A stretch of 64,000 nucleotides of DNA from an uncultured Thermoleophilia bacterium (GCA_963702475.1 CAVPCT010000005.1:96001-160000); one strand, 5' to 3'; positions 1 to 10,017 are shown, numbered from the stretch's first letter. Notes: generated by a model from the letters alone, not told the origin. Made by a program: numbers and translations.

Positions 1-226
1 CCACGTACTTCTTGATGAGACGCAGGCGCTCCCAGGGGTCCTCGTCGAGGAACCGCAGCGAGGCGTCGAAGGTGGCCCCGCCCCAGCACTCCAGCGAGTT
101 GAAGCCGACCTCGTCCATGGTCTCGAGGATGGGCAGCATCTCGGCCGTGCGCATGCGCGTGGCCCAGAGCGACTGGTGGCCGTCGCGGAGGGTCGTGTCG
201 GTGATGCGTACTCGGCGTGCTCGCAT
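1..226 (-). CDS. Pyruvate carboxylase subunit B / oxaloacetate decarboxylase alpha-like carboxyltransferase (5' part only, runs off the window)
   Basis: Read manually from ATG at 226: [54 protein letters not shown]; LRDGHQS and ECWGGATFD are hallmark motifs. Confidence 0.85.
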   Translation of the reverse strand, partial: MRARRVRITDTTLRDGHQSLWATRMRTAEMLPILETMDEVGFNSLECWGGATFDASLRFLDEDPWERLRLIKKYV

Positions 227-250
227 GTGAGGTCTCCCGCGCGCAGGCGC

Positions 251-817
251 TCAGGCGCGACCCAGGTACTCCCGGGTGCGCGTGTCCACTTTGATCCGCT
301 CGCCCTCCTCGATGAAGAGCGGCACCTGGACGGTGACGCCGGTCTCGAGGGTGGCGGGCTTGGTGGCGCCCTGGGCCGTGTTGCCCTGCACGCCCGGATC
401 CGACTGCTTGATGACGAGCTCCACGAAGTTGGGCGCCTGCACGTCGAACGGCTCCCCGTTCAGGTAGTAGACCTCGACCTCCATGTTCTCCACGGCCCAC
501 TCGAGCGCGTCCTTGGCCATGTCGGGAGCTACGGAGATCTGCTCGTACGTCTCGTTGTCCATGAGGACGACCTCGTCCTCGGTGGAATAGAGATAGGCCA
601 ACTTGCGCGACTGCGTGTGCATGCGCTCGAACTTCTCGCCGGCGCGGAACGTCCTGTCGAGCACCGCGCCGGTGGCGATGTTGCGCACCTTGGTGCGCAC
701 GAACGCGCCGCCCTTGCCGGGCTTCACGTGCTGGAAGTCGACGATGGTGAAGGGCTGGCCGTCGATCTCGATGGCCATGCCGGTCTTGAACTGGTTGGTG
801 TTCACAACGTCTGCCAT
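251..817 (-). CDS. efp: Translation elongation factor P
   Basis: HVKPGKGGAFVRTK loop, KPATLETG, VPLFIEEGE, VDTR; 188 aa. Confidence 0.97.
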   Translation of the reverse strand: MADVVNTNQFKTGMAIEIDGQPFTIVDFQHVKPGKGGAFVRTKVRNIATGAVLDRTFRAGEKFERMHTQSRKLAYLYSTEDEVVLMDNETYEQISVAPDMAKDALEWAVENMEVEVYYLNGEPFDVQAPNFVELVIKQSDPGVQGNTAQGATKPATLETGVTVQVPLFIEEGERIKVDTRTREYLGRA

Positions 818-988
818 GTGGTCCTACTTCAGGGGTCGCCTGTACGGGTCTGGTCGGGGCAAGAGGCTAGTGTACCGCAAGCGCGAAGGGCCGGGGTAGC
901 GGTGTGTCAGGCAGCGACGCTCCGCGGACGGGTGGGCCGGCGCCCGGCGCGCCCTCGCCGCAGGCGAGCCCTCGCGCCGGGCTCCTCG

Positions 989-2164
989 TCAGTCGACGAT
1001 GCGCAGGTCCTTCGACGACGTCGTGAGACGCTCGCACCCATCGGCGGTCACGAGCACCGTGTCTTCGATGCGCACGCCGACGACGCCCTCCAGATAGATG
1101 CCGGGCTCGACGGTGCACACCATGCCGGCCTCGAGCACGTCGCCGCGCAGGCGGCCGAGCGACGGCGCTTCGTGGACCTCGAGGCCGACGCCGTGGCCGG
1201 TGCCGTGCCCGAAGTGCGGGCCGTAGCCGGCCTCGTTGACGACCGAGCGCGCCGCTTCGTCCACATCGGCGCGCCCGTCGGCGCCGTGGCGCACGGCGGC
1301 GAGTCCGGCAAGTTGGGCCGCGAGGACGACGTCGTACACGCGGCGCTGTTCCTCGTCCGGCTCGCGACCGGCGGCGAACGTGCGCGTGATGTCGCTGCAG
1401 TAGCCGTCGACCTCAGCACCGATGTCCATGATCACGAGCTCGCCGGGGGCGATGACGCGCGGCCCGGGGATCGCGTGGGCCTGCGCGGCGTGAGCGCCGG
1501 CTGCCACGATGGTGGCGAACGCCTCGCCCTCGGCCCCACGCCGGTGGAACTCCTCCCGGACGCGCCAGGCGACCTCCGCCTCCGTGCGGCCGCTCAGGCC
1601 CTCGGCGACGACCACCTCGAGCGCTGCCTCCGTGACCGCCGCCGCACGCCTCATGACGACCAGCTCCGCCTCCTCCTTGCGGACGCGCAGGCGTGTCACC
1701 CGGCCGCCTGCGTCGCGCAGGCGGCCGGCATGTCTCCGACGCAGGCGCCGGTACGCCGCGAAGCTCACGTCGCCACCCTGGAAGCCGAGGCGATGGTCGG
1801 CGCCGAGGCGCCCGGCGGCGGCGGCCAGCGCGTCGGCCACGAGGTCGCCGCCGGCCGCCTCAACGAGCTCGAAGCCGGCGACCTCCTCGCGGACCTGCTC
1901 CCAGTACCGCGCGTCGGTGACGATGAGCGCGATCTCCGCGCCGACCAGCAGCGCAGTGTCGCCGCCGCGAAAGCCCGAGAGATAGCGCACGTCGCTCGAC
2001 TTGGTGACGAGCACGGCGTCCAGGCCGTAGTCGTCCAGGAGCAGCCGGCAGCGTTCGAGGCGGGGGGCAGTCTCGGCAGCCCCGCCCGCGTGGGCCGTGC
2101 TCACGCCGCCCGCGCCCGTCGCCGGAGCGACGTCCACCCCGCCCGCGCTCGCCGCAGCAGTCAC
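989..2164 (-). CDS. Xaa-Pro aminopeptidase (M24B family)
   Basis: DIGAEVDGYCSDITRT, HGTGHGVGLEVHEAP, TVEPGIY, GVRIEDTV; start taken at the GTG overlapping the aroQ stop. Confidence 0.92.
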   Translation of the reverse strand: MTAAASAGGVDVAPATGAGGVSTAHAGGAAETAPRLERCRLLLDDYGLDAVLVTKSSDVRYLSGFRGGDTALLVGAEIALIVTDARYWEQVREEVAGFELVEAAGGDLVADALAAAAGRLGADHRLGFQGGDVSFAAYRRLRRRHAGRLRDAGGRVTRLRVRKEEAELVVMRRAAAVTEAALEVVVAEGLSGRTEAEVAWRVREEFHRRGAEGEAFATIVAAGAHAAQAHAIPGPRVIAPGELVIMDIGAEVDGYCSDITRTFAAGREPDEEQRRVYDVVLAAQLAGLAAVRHGADGRADVDEAARSVVNEAGYGPHFGHGTGHGVGLEVHEAPSLGRLRGDVLEAGMVCTVEPGIYLEGVVGVRIEDTVLVTADGCERLTTSSKDLRIVD

Positions 2165-2628
2165 GTCCGCACCTTCCTGCCGGCGGCATCCGCCAGCGCA
2201 TCGACGGCCTCGGCGTACCCTTCTCTGCCCCTGCCGCTGATGCGGACGGCCGCCAGGTCGGCGATCACGGAGTGACGGCGCCACTCCTCCCTGTTCGAGA
2301 TGTCGGAGAGATGCACCTCGGCGACAGGCGCGGTGACCAGCTCGAGCGCATCCCTGATGGCGTAGCTGTAATGGGTCCAGGCGCCGGGGTTGATGATCAC
2401 GCCGGCCGCTCCCCCACGCGAGATGTCGTGGAGCTTCTCGACCAGCTCGCCCTCGTGATTCGTCTGGAAGGCGATCAGGGCGAACCCGCGAGCCTCTGCG
2501 CGCTCACGCACGTAGGTCTCGAGCTCGGCCAGCGTGAGGGAGCCGTAGTGGGTGGGGTCGCGACTGCCGAGCATGTCGAGGTTCACGCCGTGCAGGAGCC
2601 ACAGCGTCTTCAGCGGCGCGTCAGCCAT
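2161..2628 (-). CDS. aroQ: Type II 3-dehydroquinate dehydratase
   Basis: HGVNLDMLGSRDPTHYG, FQTNHEGEL, INPGAWTHYS, EVHLSDISNREEWR. Confidence 0.96.
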   Translation of the reverse strand: MADAPLKTLWLLHGVNLDMLGSRDPTHYGSLTLAELETYVRERAEARGFALIAFQTNHEGELVEKLHDISRGGAAGVIINPGAWTHYSYAIRDALELVTAPVAEVHLSDISNREEWRRHSVIADLAAVRISGRGREGYAEAVDALADAAGRKVRT

Positions 2629-3698
2629 CCCACCACCTCGAGCTCCAGTCCGGCCGGTACGCGCAGGCCCGTGGAGGGCGCACCGATGGCGTCGAGCAGC
2701 ACGTGGGCGACGCCCTCCTCATCGGCCTTCTTGTCACGCGACGTCAGGGCGCACACCTGTTTTGGAGGGACGCCGTCGAGGCGACGAGGAAGCCCGAGGG
2801 CATCGAGCAGGTCGTGGCCGGCCCTCTCCTGAGCTTCATCGAGTCCGCGGACCTCCCGCGAGAGCCGCAGGGTGGCGTGCAGGCCGAGCGCGACAGCCTC
2901 GCCGTGGGAGTACCGCGCGAACGCGGTGGCTGCCTCTATGGCGTGACCGATGGTGTGTCCGAGGTTGAGCACGGCGCGAGCGCCGGTCTCCTCGCGCTCG
3001 TCGGCGGCGACCACGAGCAGCTTGTGCGCGGCGCAGCCTGCGACCAGATCCTCGCCGACACCGGCGGCGGTCAGGCCGCCGGCGGCGAGCCGTTCCGCCA
3101 GGGTCCACAGCTCGCCGCCGGCCAGCAGCCCGTACTTGGCCACCTCGGCGGCCCCGCTGCGCAGCTCCGCCGCCGAAAGCGTGGCGAGCACGTCGAGGTC
3201 GGCTACCACCAGACGCGGCTGGTAGAACGTGCCGACGTAGTTCTTGCCGGCGCGGAAGTCGACGGCGACCTTGCCGCCGATGCCCGCGTCGACCTGGGCA
3301 AGCAGCGTGGTGGGCACCTGCACAAGACGGACGCCGCGCTGGTAGCTGGCGGCGACGAACCCGGCGAGGTCGCCGACCACGCCGCCGCCGAGCGCGACCA
3401 CGAGGTCGCTACGGCGCACGCCGCGGTCGTAGAGGACGCCGTACATCTCCTCGGCGCGACTCAGGCTCTTCTGGCGTTCGCCGGCGGGGATGACGAGGTG
3501 CGACACCTCGTACGCGGCCGCGGAGAGGCTCGCCCTCGCGGGCTCCAGGTACAGCGGCGCCACGTTCTCGTCGCAACACACCACGGCGCGCGTGCCTCCG
3601 GCGGCGCGCCTCGCCTCGTCGCCGAGTCCGGACAGCGTCCCGCGACCGACCACAACCTCGTAGTCGCGCGTCAGCCCGGAAGAGGCGAGGCGCTTCAC
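2610..3698 (-). CDS. aroB: 3-dehydroquinate synthase
   Basis: GGGVVGDLAGFVAA, PTTLLAQVDAGIGGK, LNLGHTIGHAIE, HGEAVA. Confidence 0.96.
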   Translation of the reverse strand: MKRLASSGLTRDYEVVVGRGTLSGLGDEARRAAGGTRAVVCCDENVAPLYLEPARASLSAAAYEVSHLVIPAGERQKSLSRAEEMYGVLYDRGVRRSDLVVALGGGVVGDLAGFVAASYQRGVRLVQVPTTLLAQVDAGIGGKVAVDFRAGKNYVGTFYQPRLVVADLDVLATLSAAELRSGAAEVAKYGLLAGGELWTLAERLAAGGLTAAGVGEDLVAGCAAHKLLVVAADEREETGARAVLNLGHTIGHAIEAATAFARYSHGEAVALGLHATLRLSREVRGLDEAQERAGHDLLDALGLPRRLDGVPPKQVCALTSRDKKADEEGVAHVLLDAIGAPSTGLRVPAGLELEVVGWLTRR

Positions 3699-4267
3699 CG
3701 CCCGCCCTCGGTCCGGTCCGGGCAGGGCCCTGTGCGCCGGACGATCTCCTCGACCACCTCCGCGACGTCGCCGACGGCGTCGGCGGACACGCGCGCGCGC
3801 GCCACCTCGGCGTAGAGCGGCCGGCGCTGCTCGAGCAGCCGCGCAAACTGTTCGCGGTCGCGCGCGAGCGGGCGCGCGGCGTTCTCTCCGCCGCCGGCGC
3901 GCCGCCAGAGCTCATCGAGAGAGGCCTCCAACCACACGACACACGCGAACCCCGTCAGGCGCCGTCGTACGGCTGCGCTCGTGACGGCGCCACCGCCAAG
4001 CGCGACGACCCGGGGAGACCCCTCGGCCTCATCCAGCGCCCGCAGCACGACATCCTCCTCCGTGGCCCGGAACGCCTGTTCCCCCCGGGCAGCGAAGATG
4101 CCGTCGATGGAGCCGTGCTCTCGCTCGACGACCTCGTCGCAGTCCACGAACGGCACGCCGCACCGTTCGGCCAGCGCCCGGCCGGCAGTGCTCTTGCCCG
4201 CCCCCATGAAGCCGACGAGCACCACCGAGGTCCTGACCGCCTTCGCCGCCTCGCCGCGCGTGCTCAT
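3695..4267 (-). CDS. aroK: Shikimate kinase
   Basis: P-loop GFMGAGKST, GEQAFR, ALGGG, RPL; ATG at 4267 overlaps the aroC stop (upstream part of the 421-aa ORF is spurious). Confidence 0.93.
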   Translation of the reverse strand: MSTRGEAAKAVRTSVVLVGFMGAGKSTAGRALAERCGVPFVDCDEVVEREHGSIDGIFAARGEQAFRATEEDVVLRALDEAEGSPRVVALGGGAVTSAAVRRRLTGFACVVWLEASLDELWRRAGGGENAARPLARDREQFARLLEQRRPLYAEVARARVSADAVGDVAEVVEEIVRRTGPCPDRTEGGR

Positions 4268-5427
4268 CGCTCGCGGATCCGGGCGCGGTACGCCTCGACG
4301 GCTGCGACGAGGTCGCCCACCGTGGCACCTCCGAACCGGTCCAGTACGGCGTCGGCCAGCGCCAGCGAGACCACGGCCTCCAACACCACACCCGCGGCGG
4401 GCACGGCGCACCAATCCGAGCGCTCGAACCGCGCCTCCACCACTTCGTGCGTGTCCATGTCCACGCTTGGAAGCGGGCTGTGGAGCGTCGAGATGGGCTT
4501 CATGGCGGCGCGCAACACGAGAGGCTGTCCGGTCGAGATGCCGCCCTCGAGTCCGCCGGCATTGTTGGACGCCCGTCCGTACCCTGTGGCAACGTCGTAC
4601 ACGACCGGGTCGTGCACGCGGCTCCCTCGCCCGGCGGCGGCGGCGAAGCCCAAGCCGAACTCCAGACCCCTGATGGCCGGCACGCCGAAGACCGCGGCCG
4701 CAAGAAGGGCCTGGAGCCTGCGGTCGCCCTGCACGTAGGTTCCCACGCCCGGCGGCAGGCCGTAGGCGAGCACTTCCACGACCCCGCCGAGCGTGTCGCC
4801 GTCCTCGATCGCCGCGTCCACCGCCGCGCGCATGCGGGCGCCGGCCACGGCGTCCAGACAGCGCAAGGGGTCGTCGTCGACGCCGGCGAGCGCCTCCGGC
4901 GTCGCCGGCACACCGGCCACCACACCGCCTATGGCCACCACGTGGCTGGCCACGAGGCATCCGATGGCGGCCAGCAGGCGCCGGGCCACGGCGCCGCAGG
5001 CGACCTTGGCCGCCGTCTCTCGCGCGCTGGCGCGCTCGATGACGTCGCGGATGTCGGCGAGGTCGTACAGCAGAGCGCCGCCCAGGTCGGCGTGTCCGGG
5101 GCGCGGGATCCGCACGGGCGGCTCCTCTGCCTCCGCCGCCGGCTTCTCGGGTGAGAGCTTCTCACCCCAGTTGCCCGCGTCCCGGTTGAGGATCTGGAGG
5201 GCGATGGGGGCGCCGGTGGTGCGCCCGTAGCGGACGCCACCCACGAAGTGCACGCGGTCTTTCTCGATCGCCTGCCGCTCGCCGCGTCCGTAGCCGGCCT
5301 GACGCCGGGCGAGATCGCGGTCGACGTCGGCCGCCGACAGCTCCAGCCCCGCCGGGCACCCCTCAAGGATGGCCGTGAGCGCGGGGCCGTGCGATTCGCC
5401 GGCGGTGAGATGACGGAGTCTGGTCAC
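4264..5427 (-). CDS. aroC: Chorismate synthase
   Basis: TAGESHG, RRQAGYGRG, PRPGHAD, ERASARETA, NNAGGLEGGIS, MKPISTL. Confidence 0.97.
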   Translation of the reverse strand: MTRLRHLTAGESHGPALTAILEGCPAGLELSAADVDRDLARRQAGYGRGERQAIEKDRVHFVGGVRYGRTTGAPIALQILNRDAGNWGEKLSPEKPAAEAEEPPVRIPRPGHADLGGALLYDLADIRDVIERASARETAAKVACGAVARRLLAAIGCLVASHVVAIGGVVAGVPATPEALAGVDDDPLRCLDAVAGARMRAAVDAAIEDGDTLGGVVEVLAYGLPPGVGTYVQGDRRLQALLAAAVFGVPAIRGLEFGLGFAAAAGRGSRVHDPVVYDVATGYGRASNNAGGLEGGISTGQPLVLRAAMKPISTLHSPLPSVDMDTHEVVEARFERSDWCAVPAAGVVLEAVVSLALADAVLDRFGGATVGDLVAAVEAYRARIRER

Positions 5428-5492
5428 GGCTGTACCTTATCGGCAGGGTCAGCTCAGGAAAAGCGCGTGCCCGGCCGTCCGCGCGCCCGAGA

Positions 5493-5530
5493 GATGCGCC
5501 GGGGCGGCCCTGCGGCCGCCCCGGCGCATC
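5493..5530 (-). terminator. 17-bp perfect hairpin after the pilMNOP-like genes
   Basis: gatgcgccggggcggcc-ctgc-ggccgccccggcgcatc just past the stop at 5552. Confidence 0.6.
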
Positions 5531-5551
5531 GCACGCTCTTCTTCGGCGAGC

Positions 5552-6361
5552 CTACTTGACGACGACCTGCCCCGCGTGGAGGACGAGCGTCTGGTCGCCG
5601 TGCATCACGGTGACGGTCTGCGCCGAGACGTTGATGGCGATGATGGCGATCTCGCCCCAGGAGGTCTCCACCACGTCGCCCACCTTCAGGTCCGAATACG
5701 TCTTGCCGTCGACCTCGATGGCGCACATCGCGGTACCGTTGCTGGTGGTGATGCTCAGCACCGAGATGGAGTGGCCGTCGGTGCCGCCTCCGCCGCCGCC
5801 GCTGCCCTGTCCGATGCTCAGGACCGAGAGGTTATAGCTCTTGCCGTTCTCAAGGGTCGCCTTCACCGACTCACCGAGATTGACGGTGATGGACGAGTCG
5901 CCGTTCTTGAGTTCGCCGTCGATGACCGCGAAGGTGACGTCACCCGACGTGATACCTGCGATCTTGAACGCCGGCGAGCTGGTCGGCACCTTGTCCCCGT
6001 TCTCCACCGTGTACTCGGTGCCGTTGACGGAGATGCGCGCGGTATAGGCCACCGCCGTGGACGTGGGGCTGGGCGTAGGGCTGGGCGACGGGCTCTCGGT
6101 GGGGAACGGTATGAACGGGTCCTTGGCCTTGAACTGGTCGAGGACCACCTCGGCCCTGGCGGGGTCGGCCACGGCGACCGCGGCGGCGCCCTCGTCGCTA
6201 CCAAGGACGTCGGTCTGGGCGGCGAGCCCGGCCTGGCCCTGCGCGCCGGAGACGCCGGGGGTGGTCTCGCTTCCGTAGGAAAGCGCCACGGCCAGCGCCA
6301 GCGCGGCGCCGAGGATGATGGCGATGACGATGTAGGCGAGAGTGCGGCGGTCGGCGATCAC
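5552..6361 (-). CDS. Membrane-anchored pilus alignment protein, PilP-like (putative)
   Basis: Follows pilO; N-terminal TM helix, KDPF motif, Pro/Ser/Thr linker, two similar beta-rich segments separated by a Gly run. Confidence 0.55.
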   Translation of the reverse strand: MIADRRTLAYIVIAIILGAALALAVALSYGSETTPGVSGAQGQAGLAAQTDVLGSDEGAAAVAVADPARAEVVLDQFKAKDPFIPFPTESPSPSPTPSPTSTAVAYTARISVNGTEYTVENGDKVPTSSPAFKIAGITSGDVTFAVIDGELKNGDSSITVNLGESVKATLENGKSYNLSVLSIGQGSGGGGGGTDGHSISVLSITTSNGTAMCAIEVDGKTYSDLKVGDVVETSWGEIAIIAINVSAQTVTVMHGDQTLVLHAGQVVVK

Positions 6362-6969
6362 TGCGCACCTCCCGCGTCCGGCGCTGCCACCGGCAGCGCC
6401 CAGAGATAGGCGTTGAGGTCGATGCTGGTGGTGACCGGCGGCACGCTGCCGTCGCTCGTGGAACCCGCCTGGATGTTGAGGTTGGCCAGCTCGAGCAACC
6501 GCCCGGTGGCGCGGAAGTTCGCGTTACGGAATGCCACGTAGTTCTCGAGGCGGTAGACGAAGTCCTCGACATCGAAGAACCTGCCCACGACCTGGATGGA
6601 GACGCTCTGCACCCCGTAGGGCGTACCCGGCGTGGTGGTGCCGCGGGTGATGGTGGTGAGATCGACCCCGGAGGCGTCGGCCGTGCGCGTGAGCTCGATG
6701 ATGAGCGACGGGATGCCCTCGGTCTGGGGCAACGCCTTGCCAAGGCGCACGATCTCGGCCCGGGACTGGGGCGCCGTCTTCTTGTACGACTCGAGGCGGA
6801 CGACCTCCTGCTGGGCCGTGGCCAGGGTGGTGCGCTGCGTGTCGATCTGCGTCTCCAGGTCGCTCTTCTCCGACTGCTTGGGGCTGAAGAGAAGGAAGTA
6901 CCACGCGACGATGAGCACGACGGCGACGACGCCGGCGATGATGTAGATCTCACGACCGCGGGCTCTCAT
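6358..6969 (-). CDS. pilO: Type IV pilus alignment protein PilO
   Basis: MRARGREIYII-TM-coiled coil, KALPQTEGIPSLI, GRFFDVEDFVYRLEN; position after pilN. Confidence 0.85.
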   Translation of the reverse strand: MRARGREIYIIAGVVAVVLIVAWYFLLFSPKQSEKSDLETQIDTQRTTLATAQQEVVRLESYKKTAPQSRAEIVRLGKALPQTEGIPSLIIELTRTADASGVDLTTITRGTTTPGTPYGVQSVSIQVVGRFFDVEDFVYRLENYVAFRNANFRATGRLLELANLNIQAGSTSDGSVPPVTTSIDLNAYLWALPVAAPDAGGAQ

Positions 6970-7616
6970 GGCGTGACCCCCGCGAGCTGCGTGGCCGGCG
7001 CCGGCGTCATGAAGGGCCGGAGCGACGCCGTGATGGTGAACGCCACCGTGGAGGTGGAGCCGGCGGTCGCCGAGCCGCTCCCGGCGGACGCGCTGAGCTG
7101 GATGTTCGAGAGCTGGGGTATGAGCCCCAGACGGGTCATGAAGTCGGCCACGTCCTGGTGCGTGTAGGTGGTGCCGGCGAACGTCAGGTCGGGCGTGCCC
7201 GTGACGGTGCCCGGCGGCACCGCGACCGCGGTGCCGGGAAGCATGGTCGGGGGCACCACCGCCGACAGCGACTGCAGCCGCACGTTGTCGGGGATCACCA
7301 GGCTGATCTCCTGCAGGATCGTGGACCACGACACGCGCGCGTCGTAGATACCCTTGGCGGTCTCGGTCATGGACGTGCGCGTCGCCTGGATCTCGGCGTA
7401 CGGCCTGAGGGCGGCGATCTGCTGCTGCACCGCGGCCGTCTGCGCCATGAGGTCGTCAAGCTCCGCCTGCTTGTCGCTGACCTGCTGGTTCGTGAACACG
7501 TAGACGAGCCCCAGCGCGACAACCACGGCGACCAGGATGAGGATCGCCCAGAGGAGCCCACGCTCGCGGGACGCCTTGACCCGCTGTTCAGGTGGCAGCA
7601 GATTGATGCGCTTCAC
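6966..7616 (-). CDS. pilN: Type IV pilus alignment protein PilN
   Basis: N-terminal INLLP PilM-binding motif, TM, coiled coil, WSTILQEISLVIPDNVRL. Confidence 0.92.
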   Translation of the reverse strand: MKRINLLPPEQRVKASRERGLLWAILILVAVVVALGLVYVFTNQQVSDKQAELDDLMAQTAAVQQQIAALRPYAEIQATRTSMTETAKGIYDARVSWSTILQEISLVIPDNVRLQSLSAVVPPTMLPGTAVAVPPGTVTGTPDLTFAGTTYTHQDVADFMTRLGLIPQLSNIQLSASAGSGSATAGSTSTVAFTITASLRPFMTPAPATQLAGVTP

Positions 7617-7619
7617 GAC

Positions 7620-8711
7620 TCAGCCCTCGTCGTCCAGAGCAAGTCCGACCGCAACTGCGAGCCGCGGTCCGATGGCCTGCAGCTCGGGGTCGGACATCTG
7701 GGTCTTGTTCTCGGCGATGTGCTGCAGAGGATGACCGAGCTCGACCGCAGTGTGGAGCGCCTGCGCGAGGTACTCGCAGATGTTCTGCGTGAGAGCCCCT
7801 TCGCCGCTGAGCAGCACGTGGGTCACCGGCCCTGAGATCTCGAGGGACTGGTAGTAGTCGATGGACCGCCGGATCTCGTCGGCGATGACCTCCCCTGCGT
7901 CGTCGAGCACTCCTCGCACCTCTTCCACTGTCTGAGGCTCGTAGTCACCCATGGCCGCCAGAGCGCCCTGGAAACCGATGTACATGCGCATCACGTCGGC
8001 CTCGGTCCACTCCACACCGCGGTTGCCCGTGAGCGCGTCGACCAGCGTCTCGTACCCGCGGCCGATGACGCGGGTGAAGAGCGGGGCGCCGTTGACCACG
8101 ACCGCGAGGCTGGTGATGCCCTTGCCGACGCTCACCAGGGCGACGGCCTCGGCGCCCGCCGAGGCGCCCTGGTCGACGAAGGCCACACGTGGCGCCATGG
8201 CGCGGACGAGCGCGAACGCCTGGAGGTCGATGCCCTCCAGAGTGAGACCGGCCTTCTTGGCGACTTCAGTGAACTGCCGGACCATGTCGCTCTGCGCGGC
8301 GACGATGAGGACGCGCTGACGCGCGGTGCCGTCGTCGGAGGTCACGGTGTCGAGCCGGTCGAAATCGAGGATGCGGTTCTCCGGCAGGATCGGGATACTC
8401 TCGTTGGCCCAGAACTCCACGGCCGGCCGAAGCTCCTTGTCGTCCGCCAGAAGGGGGAAGAACTCCGTGCGCACGACGATCTTCTGGTTCGCGACGCCGA
8501 GGGCGAAGCGCTTGCCCGTGAAGCCGCTCTCCTTCCAGAAGGACTTGAGCTCGGCTGCGAGGAGATCGACGTCCAGCACTTCGCCTTCGAAGATAAGGCC
8601 TTCCCGCATGGCGCGTACATTGGCGTGCGCGAGCGTGAGACCCTTCATCTGGACTCCGGCCACGGAGTTCTGTTCGAGGTCGATGCCTACTCGCACACCG
8701 CTGATCGCCAT
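7620..8711 (-). CDS. pilM: Type IV pilus assembly protein PilM (actin-like fold)
   Basis: VGIDL, IDLQAFALVRA, EIRRSIDYY, LLSGEGA, AVAVGLAL. Confidence 0.92.
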   Translation of the reverse strand: MAISGVRVGIDLEQNSVAGVQMKGLTLAHANVRAMREGLIFEGEVLDVDLLAAELKSFWKESGFTGKRFALGVANQKIVVRTEFFPLLADDKELRPAVEFWANESIPILPENRILDFDRLDTVTSDDGTARQRVLIVAAQSDMVRQFTEVAKKAGLTLEGIDLQAFALVRAMAPRVAFVDQGASAGAEAVALVSVGKGITSLAVVVNGAPLFTRVIGRGYETLVDALTGNRGVEWTEADVMRMYIGFQGALAAMGDYEPQTVEEVRGVLDDAGEVIADEIRRSIDYYQSLEISGPVTHVLLSGEGALTQNICEYLAQALHTAVELGHPLQHIAENKTQMSDPELQAIGPRLAVAVGLALDDEG

Positions 8712-8744
8712 GCTTGCCCCTCCGCCGCCCGGACGCCTTCTAGG

Positions 8745-8771
8745 TTGTCGGCAGCCTCAGTGATTCCTTTA
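8745..8771 (-). promoter_or_regulatory. sigma28 (FliA/WhiG)-type promoter upstream of pilM
   Basis: Minus strand TAAA-N15-GCCGACAA versus consensus TAAA-N15-GCCGATAA. Confidence 0.75.
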
Positions 8772-8892
8772 GGACGGTGGTTCGACAACCCCGAGGCCTG
8801 CCCTGCCCCCGACAGGGATACAAGTCTATGCAACAACGAGGCGATAGGTACAGCCCCAAGCACCTTCCTGAGTCCCGCAGTGCGCACAGTGG

Positions 8893-10017
8893 TCACCTGC
8901 CGAGTGAGAGGATGGCCGTGTCGACGAGCCCCGGCAGGGGGTGACGTCGCCAGTCGACGGGCGTCGTCACCTCCGCCGGAGCGTCGACCGTGAGCGTGCG
9001 TGTCCAGAGGTGGCCCTCGAGGCTGAAGGGACCGGCGATGACCGCGCCGCCGAAGCTGATGAGGGCGCCGCGAAGCCTCACCGGCGCCCCTTCCGCCCCC
9101 AGGACAACGTCGCCCTCCAGGATCAGGACGAGCGGGCAGTCGGTGGCGGCTCGCTCGCCCACCACGGTCACCGGGGTCCCCCAGTCGGGCACAACGGCCA
9201 CGAGGCCGGATGCGCCGGAGGATGGGACCGAGGCGACGTCGGTGAGGTCGACCGTCCCGTCCGGTCCGGGCGCGAGCCGGACGTCCGCCATCTCGATGAG
9301 AAGTGTCTTCCCGGCAGGCGACGGCGGCTGAGTGACTGCCTCGACCGGGCCCGGCCCCGTGTGCACGTCGGTGTCGGGGCCGTGCGGTGTGGGGGCCTCG
9401 TGGACCTCGACGTCCTGCGCCCAGATGCCGCCCAGCGCGTGGACGGCGGCGACGGGCCAGTCTTCGCCGTGGACGTGATCGCCCGGTGAAGCCGGCCCGT
9501 TCGCGAGCGGGTCGACGAACGTGACGAGTTCGCGACCGGCGACGCTGCCGCCGCTGTAGAGCCCGCCACCGGAGATGGTGAGCGGAGCGCGCACCCGTAC
9601 GTCGCCGCCCACGGCGAGGCCCCGTGCTCCCTGCGCCGGACGCAGCTCCACCACGGCGTGGACGCGCCGCCGCGCGGCCGCCGACCACGCCAGTGCGACG
9701 ACATCGACCTGCACGCAGGCGGTCGCCTCCAGCGGCGGCACCGCCGCGCATGCCCAGCTCCACTCGACTCCGCTCGACGACGCTGGTCCCGCAGCGGTCC
9801 ACGGCAGGCGATCGGGACGCCTGCGGAGCCACATGCAGGCGTGGTCCAGCGTCTGGCCGGCGGCGCGCGAGACGAGGGCCGTGCTCACATCGCCGGCGGC
9901 CACCTCGAGGCCGGCGCCGACGGCCGCCACCGCCGCGGCTGCGAAGAGGGCGGCGAGGGCCGTGACGAGCAGGGCGGCGAGCAGGGCGTACCCTCCCTGT
10001 GGTGCAGCCGGCCTCAC
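8893..10017 (-). CDS. PilX-like minor pilin
   Basis: Class III leader G|YALLAALL lacking Glu5 (PilX/GspK trait); beta-rich C-terminus; GTG overlaps upstream stop. Confidence 0.65.
   Translation of the reverse strand: MRPAAPQGGYALLAALLVTALAALFAAAAVAAVGAGLEVAAGDVSTALVSRAAGQTLDHACMWLRRRPDRLPWTAAGPASSSGVEWSWACAAVPPLEATACVQVDVVALAWSAAARRRVHAVVELRPAQGARGLAVGGDVRVRAPLTISGGGLYSGGSVAGRELVTFVDPLANGPASPGDHVHGEDWPVAAVHALGGIWAQDVEVHEAPTPHGPDTDVHTGPGPVEAVTQPPSPAGKTLLIEMADVRLAPGPDGTVDLTDVASVPSSGASGLVAVVPDWGTPVTVVGERAATDCPLVLILEGDVVLGAEGAPVRLRGALISFGGAVIAGPFSLEGHLWTRTLTVDAPAEVTTPVDWRRHPLPGLVDTAILSLGR

Noticed and set aside
5437-5463. Perfect GCCGATAA upstream of aroC as another sigma28 promoter
   Set aside because: No TAAA/TCAA at the -35 position; the overlapping TAAGGT 6 nt before the GTG fits a leaderless housekeeping promoter better.
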